From an uncultured virus (IMG/VR IMGVR_UViG_3300021197_001002) (lineage: Duplodnaviria; Heunggongvirae; Uroviricota; Caudoviricetes): a stretch of 64,000 nucleotides of DNA. This document shows positions 50,901 through 58,717 of this stretch, piece by piece; positions within the stretch are counted from its first letter, which is position 1, and each line of letters begins with the position of its first letter. The notes beneath the pieces were generated by a model. The model was not told the DNA's origin. It saw only the letters and a program-made list of their open reading frames with translations, and searched no databases. The translations under genes were made by a program, and so were the position numbers. The stretch lies in the IMG/VR virus record IMGVR_UViG_3300021197_001002; one strand, written 5' to 3'.

Positions 50901-53900
50901 TCCCTATTATACAGGCACAAGAATTGAGTCATCCTCAATTAGCATCTATGCCTCTTCTAAATCCTAATGAATTGATTAATATATTAGAAATACCAAATGA
51001 AGAAGTGCAATTTACTTCTATTGAAGTAATTGATGATACAGGACAAACGCATAATGTTGAAGGTGGTTCCCCATTCGGAACAATAATTCGTTCCTTTAAA
51101 CAAATATCAGATAGAACCGCAGAAGGGTTAGCACCTGCGGAAGCGGCAAGTGGTGTCGAACCTAACTTAAAAATTCAATTACCTAATCCTGATTCTATAC
51201 CCGGTAACATCATTGTGCGTAGTGGTTTTGATAGATTACAAGCCTATCAAACAGAAACTATGGGTACAGGGGGAATGTTACGACCGGAAATAGATTCAGA
51301 CATAGAGGGTATATTTACTGATACAACAGACGGACCAAGATTAGGTCCTACGTTCAGCGACCATGAGTACGACCATATTAGCCAAAACGAGTTCCCTGAT
51401 ATGACGAGAAAGGGATGGAAAGCGGCAACAAACAATGCACCACTAAAGACCTCATACGAACTTCATGACCGTTCGCTTTTCTTCCATATAACAAAGAATG
51501 GAAACTCACATACTCATCGTTATCCAACTTATTACAGCCATGCTAACGGTGTAGTGAATAATGACTTAACAGGTGTATCGTTTGTTGGAACTACTTTAAC
51601 GGTGAATGCTACTGTTAACCAAAGTGTATTTGTTGGTGGATTCGGTAATGAAGATACAGGCTCAAGAAAATATCTTAGACTACACAATCCAACTACTGGA
51701 GAAAGTGGTGTAGCGTCTTATACAGGTATATCAGGAAGTACGTTTACAGGATGCAAAGGGGATGCAAACTTCACTTCTATGGTGGCAAGTTCAATTACTG
51801 CTTGTAAGGTCGTTCCTTCTTATTATGTACCTGCTGGAAGCAATCGCTTCTTTGCCGCAAGAAGAATGCGTGACCACGCAGAAGTGAGTGGGAACAGTCC
51901 TGATATGGCTCATTCATTATATTATGCTGGACATGGAGGCGGGGCGGCAACACCGTATAATACATACAAAAAAGCAATACTTACACCAATGGCTATACCA
52001 CGAATGGGTCATCACTTTGTTAATGCTACACAGGCAATGTTACCGGGTCATTTAGCACATCCTGCTTATCAAGGACTATACGGGCTACATAGAGCAGAAC
52101 GTTCTTCTACAGTAGGTAATTTAGAAAAATCACTCATTCAAGATACATCAATGGGAACAAATAAATCTTCTATTGCTTCTGCCACTACTGACCAAATACC
52201 CGGTTATGACCCTTCAATTACTTTTGGTGCAATGACCGCTACTCCAAGTGGACCGAGTGATATACACGGTGGTGCGTTCACGTTAATGTTTGAAACTAAG
52301 GTCAAGTATGATGGATATGGGGTTCTTGCATCGGAGGGTCAAGCAGGTGTTGTAAACTCAAAGGGTGGACATACAATCGTATTGGAAGCCGCCGCTACGT
52401 ACACTTTGAAGCATCACTTCCCTGACCCATCAGAAGTAGGTGCTTATCAAATTGTTATTCAGCCAAACATACACAAATCTCAACTTATTGGATTCCATGC
52501 TAACGGTGGTGCAACTGCTGTTCCAGATGGAAGTGTCGTGGAATTAACAGGACAGCAAGTTGCATTAGTTGTAGGTATACGAGAACCCGATGCAGGTACA
52601 GGTGGGTTAGGACTTGTACTTGCCGAAGCAATAATGGCTGATGTAAGAGGGTGTGAAATATTTATCAATGAATTAATGTTAGACCATGACCCTGACCACG
52701 GAAGCCAATTTACAAACATTCCACCTCTTATGTTATACAATCCATTAGGTGTTCAATCTACAGAATCACCTGCATTCACACGTCGAAGTTTACCATATCA
52801 TCCCGGTATGTTTGCAGATGCTACACCGGGTTTTACAACAAATATTCCGTGGTGGTCTATTGTCCATAAAGCAGGACCGCTTGATTCATCAGCGGAAGGT
52901 TGGAGACATTTATCGTGGCATAGACTCGATAATTACTACGAGTTCATAAGAGCGAGTACAGGCAGTATCGGTTGTCAACTAACGCTTGGAGGTTACCCTT
53001 CTAACTATCCTGACCTTTATTCTAATGTACTTGAGAACATCAGTCTCGCACCTGTGGCTGTGGTTAAGTCCGTAGCGTCAACACTCATTACTGTAGATGA
53101 TGCAAGAGGATTCCCTAAAGCACCTTATTATGGGATGAAATTAGAGTATACTGATGCTGATGGTGTAATAAGAACCCACACATATACAGAAAGAAGTGGT
53201 AATGACGCTTCTTATATGAACAAACCATACAGATTTACAATTACTGCTTCAAGTAACTTTACTGATAATTTAACAGTAGGAACTAAATTAAGACTAACTC
53301 GTGCTTTTAATTTTAAGGGTTCTGGTACAGTACTAAACGACTCGTTAACAAGTAACACTCCTCGTACTCTTGGTCAAACTTTGAAAGGCAGTAGAGATAC
53401 AAACAGTCTACATATGGGAGATGCATATCTGTGCTTATGGCATCCTAATCTTGGTCGCCCTCATACATTCTATTCTGATTCTTCAAGAACGTGGTTGAAT
53501 CCACTTACTGATAGAGCGATTTTAAAGAAACCTCTTAACAGTATGCCTGAACATTTTGAAACTATACATTACCATGACGCAAATTATTATGCAAGTTTAG
53601 GTCCATTTAGTTTCAAGATGAAAACACCTGACATTAGAGATACTATATTGACATATGCAAATGGTGCTGGTTCAGCGGCTACATGTTGTATGACTGTAAT
53701 GGGTAATCAAACAACTAATGCATTTAGCGGAAGTATTACAGTAAGTGCTAATCAAATTCTATCACAGAAAACTGATTTAACAACATCCAATATAATAGTA
53801 ATAGGAAACGAAATATTTTCGATTACAGCAAAAAGCACTCCGTCACCTTCAACAGTAACATACACTAACCCCAACGGTGGTGGTGCTGTTACAACCCCAG

Positions 53901-56638
53901 TTGAATTGTATACATTGGAAAAGAGTACCGCAAGTACAGTTATTGATTCTAATATATTCAATGGTGCTGATGGTACTGTAGTAGCGGCTTCAAGTTTTAC
54001 TGTTCAACAAGGAGGAACAAATATCATGCTTAACCACTTTTGGCCTTGTGGAAGCCGTGGTGGTCCTTTAACGAGTAGACTCGATGGGTACGGATATGTA
54101 TCAGCCTCGTGGGATTATCCGTTAGAATATACTTCTGATGGTCCTGTGTGGGTTGACCATGATGACGATGGTTCATACGCTGTATCATTAGGAATAACAA
54201 AATCAGTTTATGATAACTTTACAGATGCTACTTGTGATACTACAAATACAGATGCTACTGTTACAATGGATTCTACTACTAAGTTAGCAGTAGGCATGGG
54301 AGTAAGTGGTACAGGAATAGCAAGCGGTGCAACAGTATTATCTATCACGAATGCTACTACATTTGAATTAAGTGCTAATGCTACTGCCTCTAATTCAAAT
54401 ACAACTCTCACCTTTACTCCTGTAAAAACACGGACACGACCATTCGGTTATCGCTTCTCTCTACGTCAACCATACAACAAACCTCAATGGGCTTTGTATG
54501 GAATGAGAGCATATCGAGAAGCGAGTATTACTGGCTCTAACACAATTGCTGGTTATCAACATGGTCCTCTTGTACAACAAGAAACTCAAACGTGGACATA
54601 TGCAGGTGGTTCAGGTTTGAGTAACACTACTTATCCTAACACATACGTTGGAATTATGGAACGACAAACAAACTTTAGCGGTATGCTTGGAGTCGATAAA
54701 CCAGAATGGCAAGTACGTTATGGAAACGGTATGCGTATGACAAGAGCATTTGGATGTCCTGTACGAACACTACGAAATGCATCTACAGTAGTGAGAGATT
54801 GGTGGGGTGATGGTGTAGGAAAGGATGTTTCATTGATTGAAGATGCTGTAAAATACTATCTTGTTGATTGGTGGGGTAATACTCGTGGTGAAGATGTACG
54901 CCGTTATCCTGTACGTGGGTTTGGTATCAGACCCGCATGGGATAGTGCTGATGCATATGAGTATGACAGAACAAATGATAGAACACCATATCAGCGATTG
55001 TATAACAATGGTCAACCTTTAGTTAATATGAAAACACTCATTGACTTTTCAGATTCAAACATTACTGATGGCACAAAAGTTCCAAGATTTGGTGGCCGTC
55101 TTAACAATGTTAACAATAACGATGCAAATAATTTAGTCGATGTATTTATGCCGACTAACGCTCAAAGAGTTGGCGATATGGGACATGGTAGAGGTATGCG
55201 ATACCCAACTGCTTACAATGAAGATTTGATTACTGATGTCGATGAACCATATCATACAACAGGTGTAGTGTTGTCACACAATACCGCTGAACCGAATACA
55301 TCAGAAGGTTTGATACGAGCAAGAAATGACGTACTGCAACCTAATGAAGTTCCTCGTGGAATAAGTGCTCGACTCGGTATAGATGAAAATGGACTGTTAA
55401 AACCAGAAGCCGTAGCAAGCGATAGAGTAGAAGATTTCAGCGGTGAGACACCACACAAGGATGCTGTAAGTCGCTCAAGTCCACGTATAGGTATTGATGG
55501 TGAGAACATAGAAGGTGTGGACGACAACATGATGGCAATCAATACCGAAGCACATAGTCTACACACAGACAGAAACGTGGGACAGCGTGTTGTTTTGCAA
55601 GGTGGATTGACCGCTGGTTCGCAAACATTAGGTAACTATGATTTGACAAGTTTGACCTTTGCTGGACAGCCTCAAGGCGGTGTGATGCGTTACACACACA
55701 CTTCCAACTTCAATCCTTTAGGTGGTACATATTTGGCCGAGACTCGTAATTACTTGTCTCCTGTAAGTGACAAGGATTGGGGTGCGTTTACAGATGCTAC
55801 TTGCGATACGAATCACTCATCAGGATTGTCTGATGGTTCTTCTACGAGTGTAAGGCATATCACAATGGATTCTACTGCTAAATTAGTAGTAGGAATGACG
55901 GTAACTGGTACTGGTATTCCTGCAAGTGCCACAGTAGCCGCTATAAATAACGCTACATGTTTCACTCTTAGTGCTGATACAACTGCTACTAATGCAAATA
56001 CAACACTTACCTTCGGACCTCCGAATCTACATAGCAGTAACCCGTATGCAACGAGCACATTTGTAGGTACTTCTCAAACAAACTATACAGATAAAACTAT
56101 CACGTATATGCTTAGAACAGTAAGACTACTTGACAAGCAACACGTAGAAGTTTTCAGACCTAACAATGCACTACACTCATCATCCCCGCAATATGGTGCG
56201 AATTACTTCTCCGCTACTGGTGGTGGAAAGTATGGTCTATTCTTGTATGAAACCAGTAACGGGAGAGCAACATCAGGTCTTTACATAAGAGGAACAAATC
56301 CTGATTCCAATCCACCCTATGCACCTGCGTATGTAATGAAGGTTTCAGCGAGTGATACTGTCCCTATCAGCAAAGGACCAAAAATTATTGGAATAAGTGA
56401 TACGTCATTCGATTCTTCATTACTGAATAACGAAGTTACAAGACTTGTCATAAGTGAAAATACATTGCAACATTATCGTTCCGATGCACCAAGAAGGCGT
56501 TCTCGTATTGATAGTGATGAGAAGGTAAAGCGCATGGACTTTACCGTACTCCCACGATTCTCACAAGCCCTGCACCCTAAAGGACATAAAGGAGATGTAA
56601 CCTACAACACATCAGACCACACAGGTGATGGCTCATGA
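38942..56638 (+). CDS. Giant (5,898 aa) tail/adhesin-like protein with N-terminal LamG/concanavalin-like domain
   Basis: Uninterrupted 17.7-kb ORF; FTIEAWV...YHVVGTY..IELYVN...YLGG...FRGAI; G/S/T-rich; four internal DATCD domains. Confidence 0.85.
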   Translation: MVAIGRTSHAYFFDGVSDSIIIPQSRFNSTGVERNDNKLPLSTLSDIELENTIGSISNADFTIEAWVIPDCGGIVAKRDGQFTLEIGTVDTAGPAKFTLFMETGVGVQAIEVTSATPESNRWKGTVFPSQEFGGIHESYNRFNTSSYGEASGLNFKNRPLYHVVGTYVNNSIELYVNNVLIAKETVPDFYRISDTNGHVYLGGEGGEFRGAIESIHFSNSAGSNIFSNEAPTLGDTSTGMYRFEEPLDIVETVYTMNAVTAASNGSTTTITIGASDAQSLIAKLTGKAYDSSSPTTDFTASPYSMGKYKVNDFYSTPGTSATLSIAHTPYNLLINAGSLNRNTFKPNQKPPERVRLHSINGSSGVITISSIHVDFVNGTGGLRGLLHSRTADIDNYFVVVGADLLVDNGTGKPYQPPHYGTQIFDKTGQMVLDESETQSHGLVYSSRMATTTTDATNPFAVVWPTTLDELFQVGHSGRHALSHITGHEYMRKLPKPNAMSVDQIMDGSADLVSMHYDSSQKNLRDTIKMNSLIDVYAENVRGVVSSHLNSSSVASLVNNGLPVAARELIAIGGAGFEIRPFFLKGPVPNKYNDESTRLYHLRPEKESRIALLKVPALQSSYDLAPFVEIHYNAIDLTGASMGISGPMLMIEKTVPACSHILSGSTRVLDVITSDLANTELYSAGGIVTLTKLSGKSYALLNDGHLVGDNTGGNEVDNELDFSNTPAVYTPVSDVSAEPASPPKAINKSHNSGNHESVYHRLILTPRRNDIATTSATKTMRLNVHKTNSTAGQFDIGTTNLSAHMFEVFDIIDNKVSPNLAEVQLFIQPSNKNRTNQFHNLVDLFSDNDSFCRFNLLQLISRGTVRSVNESFDDSNTQHTEVIIRGIGEKVLSQNVNVTGSGSPDSHVVKEIEPNSPVVTVTLGGPGQGAVNTKPTFDPSPLMRLPGSSRRMCAVQMTKLSAKNGSNGIENTITVQPLNNLSDDIASWGTYCFPKKGRIYLADGASAEYQSKVGVGFSFNGGSIVDRTYLSAEGTAFATFYEWAKVTGILRGTASSGNVVSETSTVYIYNENNFNDDSLVQDGSTVNDRLFQSMNDVNHDYQLGTQYSSTRAMVEIPFFPQQFFEQANEGIFPGPDNSMKIHIDATHTAHTWNPTPVGRRADDIQAADRGAFSSYSYNISGQNFVSSATITKVEYDSSSKSYRIFVSHPALFPPVSNQKNYRNMKSLWRYRRAFIADGKWCIYINDPSSDGYLQINENESATGGILSGSYSEGFFESAIAQTSIFVAQGYRSENLVPLDSDGETPSSDFEGRSPYYHDNANVQTQGGNLDYGLRQYVSAIELKAGPLSNPHAPKVQSKRAESRVVAGGGAFGFYSFIVENADLFPETVEYTKDASGVFNISEGDLLYIGEMELSDGSTYEGLFLGRIFSEQKQLLYWLSSHTIDVNNATFRMKRVGRSKYALSTSSAFTTGSAAITFLPDTAEQWTIAANASADSTTSIQITPATANRLAHANTIGMNIRKGDELFFEDASDSNAIKYLGVVETVLSNLAGGATNTVVTLSANNANVIAIGDKIRLGAASVMAEDLDAILNTTWLNPFAQGGMRNGDTVWMNMTLNNPHAVEGLFCKSRGVLNEGAVWTGFNGGKGALANRPRDSIPLENFLIGNSCFETAQNLVQHINKTVEMNYEAMGLSTSQAPTVAYLDPYSATEGNARVLLYDVGHDREFIAFHDIHMQVQSSAATPHIGFGREIVHAGGVTKLDKFLMTHNGGAPHYFTTQIDVANGFPSENKYLRSTQQSKFIESAYAHDIANSPTGEFSIEDFTGGTPTAAGKNKILKGKGHGHFVHSGYMYGHTNNTFTISDNALPRNQPAVASIYWANELHPITRSPSKDSFIRSLKLHRELQGAINKTHTFRDSSTLFDTPDGTRCISAFLCLKGNRTTELDLTAHDEGRLKHLKHWTQMDFIRRLVIDCGEVGFKEGVTDIEAATREIVRLINQAGAKNGRTHARRPSNQYPGESDRLGLDTIGGLKQTISGFKDPSSPHINADFAATGSTHDPAPWWFPDESFDSHDRGSHMGYVRAHIGRVVEDVNGNEGFSVIIHSTIPGASGRNFCVWLDNSKGQAPYKPQFLIGHGGRFRNFWCQPDEISGENMHPAPMPLNKHGRPFAPITSLREYTLQEEPAEGITNNHDITGRDSAEAKVRNVSAHIGGINHNTVSDESFEIQGVATSLVEGLRAGKTAVGRINFGGLVASGIPGFAPDASEYGLGVRGDKRFDFKYGEAISPGGTDPTTIDTYTGNTNSEKLRADKVGNSNLYGFRFTDHRGNGYGVRYVYRKFGENFSNQNTILPATLDDEIMVYINDDDISMGGFTIGGHMLGFGEPSGRIDNTTLQFSKWRGNEWRGVYAPEAGVDSIVTWDGSATTLTVFLRAPFNTTNTDLNNHPDILGYLGYPKTNGVIHLHDTFTGTTAKGFIGNVLSYESRTTNDITGAHVFHGVRGDGFASSHYLTGAKANTFSDATCDTNHTSGLSDGSSTNVRHITMDSTASLETGMSVTGDGIPANATVAAINNSTCFTLSADTIATNANTTLVFGAGHLADAATTQPHASNNVFRVLMSSRINWTTLLTDEVLAYATMEAINHPNLNNEAGFIVDCTHLYACDGRTLGEWGLAKDAVIIRAFNTQRNTASLSNMFSATLHTDFGIHGAHLEYGEYETMKRNASTGLHVLGTSATVHKPVSDAILDKNRQIDCGYLPKTLLQIRTKGKGYHANTPTPNLVDSFNNPVPITNWRNNLKGISFTSFSGDHILPALNNPLIVSGSYTHSGKIFTAGSSNITHALIPAGQESSSISGKAKKVSYGERLRYYFNDDNYALLNSIQGSDSLTKVEWVAEISNDKWASYFTGDKSLAMILQRFGDRNIDGYRSFGSVDSEPVIYFKGGRDSNDHSVPLYFGGGFSGVVMDVNDGTENDYSDFYTHPYSTGPTGTAGIQNANEISTSFALIDCNALLAFFPATPLLNQHRGSLTHPVANKNNVVSPDIDNGAFAVNSSLPAPVKARYSAGTVLQRPVPVIVRVANPNARYSDRVHTSTHTTFAIYGPGQAFPFTEMGTVNTDEQPHPGYVVTTGNTWSKVPFGLNLPNDIKNSVDQYSPPIGTYMAARNRFHWNYKWNWSPAQGTPNIGDIGTTAGLGQRPDHGYHYGEHFSFTQTMNANNLPDFKKAHPYKHVGAMYYGIAMGADLTFHMDGGYHPGGSWLDNQMSFNPPNTTGDYKIKRGQNIVHPTSFRVSGLLAKQIISGVSNENISSIFEPEIVIVDGTRCQNGEELATILGQAMNEFPGKSAIKAMGGTFAPSMGNAMRQDRYGWIELDFSSYTVPGAISGTFNLTSSFVQAAATASNATQEQLEQIPASGWLRTSTGGQSDVSSPGDVPTFAPYHSREVVYAGGAWYVVFLLAPNKHSLYPLFEDSKTYEDKFQGTFNAVSSIPTLSSLPSKLYVWSKAGVHRFNNENEVTRDHMTQAHFSGVVDAIDRTRPIGAIGWAGERYSYLNSIKTATSVITDATCDYNNDPTITMDSTASLVVGNGVSGTGIPAGAYVASITNATTFELSVSTTGGAVTNGELTFTTNLYGAGLGAWHPKLGFSPYGSSNSCMTAYGHLPHTRPIKYSPEAIRRINGQTGADTVITTPYTFNTSLPHGNGFYTSSNISGVTGQGTEFASKDGDLGDVPIHVTDNTDTSFDILNNLHKPQGVYSRAFVVVSYESEFALIGKHDRDGITATGDWLTVVSKTKIDSVSAADAIKFAGTVQWDERIHNSERFIAPANAGPNIEALVSDSFAFPTDDYVSSGITIPNLSSDEQLFNAVPCLNPIGDLFFDLDESPGSLNLEDASDVERNIRLKYITSTDSEITSRYSHGRSFWMGDINAFELDEDSPVKNFSVEHIVWKRMDGGNLSLPAVNARGLGSVPFVTRVSSDGATGYLTGEKLLGNNRFSFETTNSAMFPIIQAQELSHPQLASMPLLNPNELINILEIPNEEVQFTSIEVIDDTGQTHNVEGGSPFGTIIRSFKQISDRTAEGLAPAEAASGVEPNLKIQLPNPDSIPGNIIVRSGFDRLQAYQTETMGTGGMLRPEIDSDIEGIFTDTTDGPRLGPTFSDHEYDHISQNEFPDMTRKGWKAATNNAPLKTSYELHDRSLFFHITKNGNSHTHRYPTYYSHANGVVNNDLTGVSFVGTTLTVNATVNQSVFVGGFGNEDTGSRKYLRLHNPTTGESGVASYTGISGSTFTGCKGDANFTSMVASSITACKVVPSYYVPAGSNRFFAARRMRDHAEVSGNSPDMAHSLYYAGHGGGAATPYNTYKKAILTPMAIPRMGHHFVNATQAMLPGHLAHPAYQGLYGLHRAERSSTVGNLEKSLIQDTSMGTNKSSIASATTDQIPGYDPSITFGAMTATPSGPSDIHGGAFTLMFETKVKYDGYGVLASEGQAGVVNSKGGHTIVLEAAATYTLKHHFPDPSEVGAYQIVIQPNIHKSQLIGFHANGGATAVPDGSVVELTGQQVALVVGIREPDAGTGGLGLVLAEAIMADVRGCEIFINELMLDHDPDHGSQFTNIPPLMLYNPLGVQSTESPAFTRRSLPYHPGMFADATPGFTTNIPWWSIVHKAGPLDSSAEGWRHLSWHRLDNYYEFIRASTGSIGCQLTLGGYPSNYPDLYSNVLENISLAPVAVVKSVASTLITVDDARGFPKAPYYGMKLEYTDADGVIRTHTYTERSGNDASYMNKPYRFTITASSNFTDNLTVGTKLRLTRAFNFKGSGTVLNDSLTSNTPRTLGQTLKGSRDTNSLHMGDAYLCLWHPNLGRPHTFYSDSSRTWLNPLTDRAILKKPLNSMPEHFETIHYHDANYYASLGPFSFKMKTPDIRDTILTYANGAGSAATCCMTVMGNQTTNAFSGSITVSANQILSQKTDLTTSNIIVIGNEIFSITAKSTPSPSTVTYTNPNGGGAVTTPVELYTLEKSTASTVIDSNIFNGADGTVVAASSFTVQQGGTNIMLNHFWPCGSRGGPLTSRLDGYGYVSASWDYPLEYTSDGPVWVDHDDDGSYAVSLGITKSVYDNFTDATCDTTNTDATVTMDSTTKLAVGMGVSGTGIASGATVLSITNATTFELSANATASNSNTTLTFTPVKTRTRPFGYRFSLRQPYNKPQWALYGMRAYREASITGSNTIAGYQHGPLVQQETQTWTYAGGSGLSNTTYPNTYVGIMERQTNFSGMLGVDKPEWQVRYGNGMRMTRAFGCPVRTLRNASTVVRDWWGDGVGKDVSLIEDAVKYYLVDWWGNTRGEDVRRYPVRGFGIRPAWDSADAYEYDRTNDRTPYQRLYNNGQPLVNMKTLIDFSDSNITDGTKVPRFGGRLNNVNNNDANNLVDVFMPTNAQRVGDMGHGRGMRYPTAYNEDLITDVDEPYHTTGVVLSHNTAEPNTSEGLIRARNDVLQPNEVPRGISARLGIDENGLLKPEAVASDRVEDFSGETPHKDAVSRSSPRIGIDGENIEGVDDNMMAINTEAHSLHTDRNVGQRVVLQGGLTAGSQTLGNYDLTSLTFAGQPQGGVMRYTHTSNFNPLGGTYLAETRNYLSPVSDKDWGAFTDATCDTNHSSGLSDGSSTSVRHITMDSTAKLVVGMTVTGTGIPASATVAAINNATCFTLSADTTATNANTTLTFGPPNLHSSNPYATSTFVGTSQTNYTDKTITYMLRTVRLLDKQHVEVFRPNNALHSSSPQYGANYFSATGGGKYGLFLYETSNGRATSGLYIRGTNPDSNPPYAPAYVMKVSASDTVPISKGPKIIGISDTSFDSSLLNNEVTRLVISENTLQHYRSDAPRRRSRIDSDEKVKRMDFTVLPRFSQALHPKGHKGDVTYNTSDHTGDGS

Positions 56639-56973
56639 TGGATTACGACTTTTGTGATTGTTGTACTCCTATGGAAAATGCATTTGCATTAATGAAAGCA
56701 AAAAAGAAGAGTAAACCGTTTCACGGTTACAACCCTAACAAACATCATCGAAAAGGTGGCTTGAACGCTAAAGGTCGAGCCGCCGCTAAAAGAGAGTCTG
56801 GTGCTAATCTAAAACCTCCAGTTACTACTAAACCCAGTAAACTGAAACCCGGCTCTAAAAAAGCAAAGCGACGTAAATCGTTTTGTGCTCGCATGGGTGG
56901 AATGAAAGGACCTACAAGTAAGAAAGGCAAACTCACACCTAAAGGGGCATCCCTTAAACGGTGGAACTGCTGA
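56635..56973 (+). CDS. Small basic protein (KRRKSFCARM motif; DUF6321-like)
   Basis: GGLNAKGR...NLKPPV...RRKSFCARM...RWNC; N-terminal PMENAFALMK tag. Confidence 0.7.
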   Translation: MMDYDFCDCCTPMENAFALMKAKKKSKPFHGYNPNKHHRKGGLNAKGRAAAKRESGANLKPPVTTKPSKLKPGSKKAKRRKSFCARMGGMKGPTSKKGKLTPKGASLKRWNC

Positions 56974-58373
56974 TGACTGTTATCAAAAATACTACTACTG
57001 GTCGGTTTAACACCGATGTTAGTGAAGTCATGAGTCATGTGCGTAAGCCCGTGTTTGTTGACAATGCTGTTCATCATGCTCGTGTAAGCGTACAAACTTC
57101 ATCGAAGCCAAAGATTACTGTAGAAAAAAGCAATACCCGCACACTACAGGTTATGCCTCAATCATCATATCAGATTGTTGAGGGTGAATCAGGAGTACAG
57201 ATTACACACGCTCAAACACCCGGTCATGAGTACACCGGTAAGCCATATTTTAACGGTGAAAGTTTATCTTCAAGCAACGTTCCAATCCTTCTATTCAATG
57301 AACTGCGCCCTTCCGAACGTTTAGTTCTAAAATCTATAGAAGATAGTACAATAGGAGTTTTTGGGCATTTACAGAATATGAAAAGTCGTACTCTTGATGA
57401 CATAGGATTTACCCATGATGCCGTGAAAATGGGACAGCCTCTCGATATTGGATTGAGAACAACAGACTTAGCCATAAAATTAGCAGAATCAGTAGATACA
57501 GGTATTACAAGTATGAATATTGGTCGCCATGAATCAGTCGTTACAAAGAAAAGAAATCACAGTACAAGATTCATTGGACAGAATTTCAATAACACGAATT
57601 TACTTACAGCATTGCGATACATTGCAAGACACGATGGGCGAATGGTTCTATTAGATACATTTGGAAATTTACTGTATGTACCAATTTCGTTTAGCGAAAA
57701 TACAATTGATATATCAAACTCGTATAGTTCAGGACAAAGTAAAAATCCAATTGATAATTCAGCAAATAGAGTTACAGTACAGGGTATTCCTATGGCATTG
57801 AATGATTTGGTTATAGTAACTGTAGACGATGCGGAATCACAAACGGACGACGTGCGAGAAATATCATCACCATTCGTAGACCATACTGTACGAAATAAAA
57901 ATAGTGCAAAGAGAGTTGCTCGAAAAATTCTACGAGGTCAGTCTTTAATGAAGGGTGCTGAAACAATTTCAAACAGTTATTCTGGTTTAGGACTAAGACC
58001 CGGTATGACAGTTATTCATGAAGGCAAGAATAAAATAATTACTGAAATTAGACATCAACCCTTCGCTATGAAAAGCGATATATCGTTAATGAATATAGAC
58101 GTTGGACTTGAAGGTATTTTGCAATCGTTGAACGAAGGATTTACTGTAGAAGCAAATAACATTAATCCTGAAAATATCTTCCAGATTACGGATGTCAATT
58201 TGGCAATGTTTGGAAAAGTAGAACTTAAAATCCATGCTGAAATATATGAAAATAAGGTTATGAGTACCGCAATTCTTATTGGTGGTACATCGAGAGGAAC
58301 AGTCGGTGGAAGGGGCGAACCTATGGGTGGAAGCAAGAGTAGCAAATTCCTAGTTGGAAGGGGTGGAGTGTAA
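56973..58373 (+). CDS. Putative baseplate hub/tail tip protein
   Basis: LLTALRYIA...LLDTFGNLLY, ANRVTVQG, LRPGMTV...ITEIRH resemble hub (gp27/gpD-like) proteins. Confidence 0.55.
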   Translation: MTVIKNTTTGRFNTDVSEVMSHVRKPVFVDNAVHHARVSVQTSSKPKITVEKSNTRTLQVMPQSSYQIVEGESGVQITHAQTPGHEYTGKPYFNGESLSSSNVPILLFNELRPSERLVLKSIEDSTIGVFGHLQNMKSRTLDDIGFTHDAVKMGQPLDIGLRTTDLAIKLAESVDTGITSMNIGRHESVVTKKRNHSTRFIGQNFNNTNLLTALRYIARHDGRMVLLDTFGNLLYVPISFSENTIDISNSYSSGQSKNPIDNSANRVTVQGIPMALNDLVIVTVDDAESQTDDVREISSPFVDHTVRNKNSAKRVARKILRGQSLMKGAETISNSYSGLGLRPGMTVIHEGKNKIITEIRHQPFAMKSDISLMNIDVGLEGILQSLNEGFTVEANNINPENIFQITDVNLAMFGKVELKIHAEIYENKVMSTAILIGGTSRGTVGGRGEPMGGSKSSKFLVGRGGV

Positions 58374-58717
58374 TGCCAATCAGTAATCACATACGCCGCC
58401 TACTCATTGAAACCATTAGAGATAACATCAATGAAGTTGTCTTGGGATTTGATGGTACACCAGCGACCAGCGACGATGGTTCAGCGGGGCGACCTGCCAT
58501 CACACTCACGCCTACGGTTACGATAGTAGATGACGGGACACTTCTAATAGAGGCGACACTTCCACACACAGAAACCTTTACTGAACCCATAAAGGAAGTA
58601 TACATTCAAACAAGGGGTACAACAAGTTTTACTCCTGTAAGTAGATTCACCATTAAACCAATTACAAAAAATAATTCTAATGAAGTGAAAATTGAAATAA
58701 CAATTGAGGTGGCATAA
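58373..58717 (+). CDS. Putative tail/baseplate protein
   Basis: IKEVYI...SRF...PITKN...VKIEITIEV pattern; TAATG coupling. Confidence 0.55.
   Translation: MPISNHIRRLLIETIRDNINEVVLGFDGTPATSDDGSAGRPAITLTPTVTIVDDGTLLIEATLPHTETFTEPIKEVYIQTRGTTSFTPVSRFTIKPITKNNSNEVKIEITIEVA

Larger units (their letters stand above)
33526..56017 (+). repeat. Dispersed ~67-78-aa coding repeat (xxDATCD...TMDST..L.xGxxV.G.GIP..A.V..I.N.T.F.LS...L.F) at 33526-33759, 46475-46705, 49580-49780, 54218-54418 and 55787-56017
   Basis: Five homologous copies seen in translation and in DNA. Confidence 0.9.

Noticed and set aside
33526..56017. DATCD repeats as diversity-generating retroelement TR/VR pairs or inteins
   Set aside because: All copies are coding, differences are not adenine-specific by eye, there is no reverse transcriptase in the window, and no intein termini.
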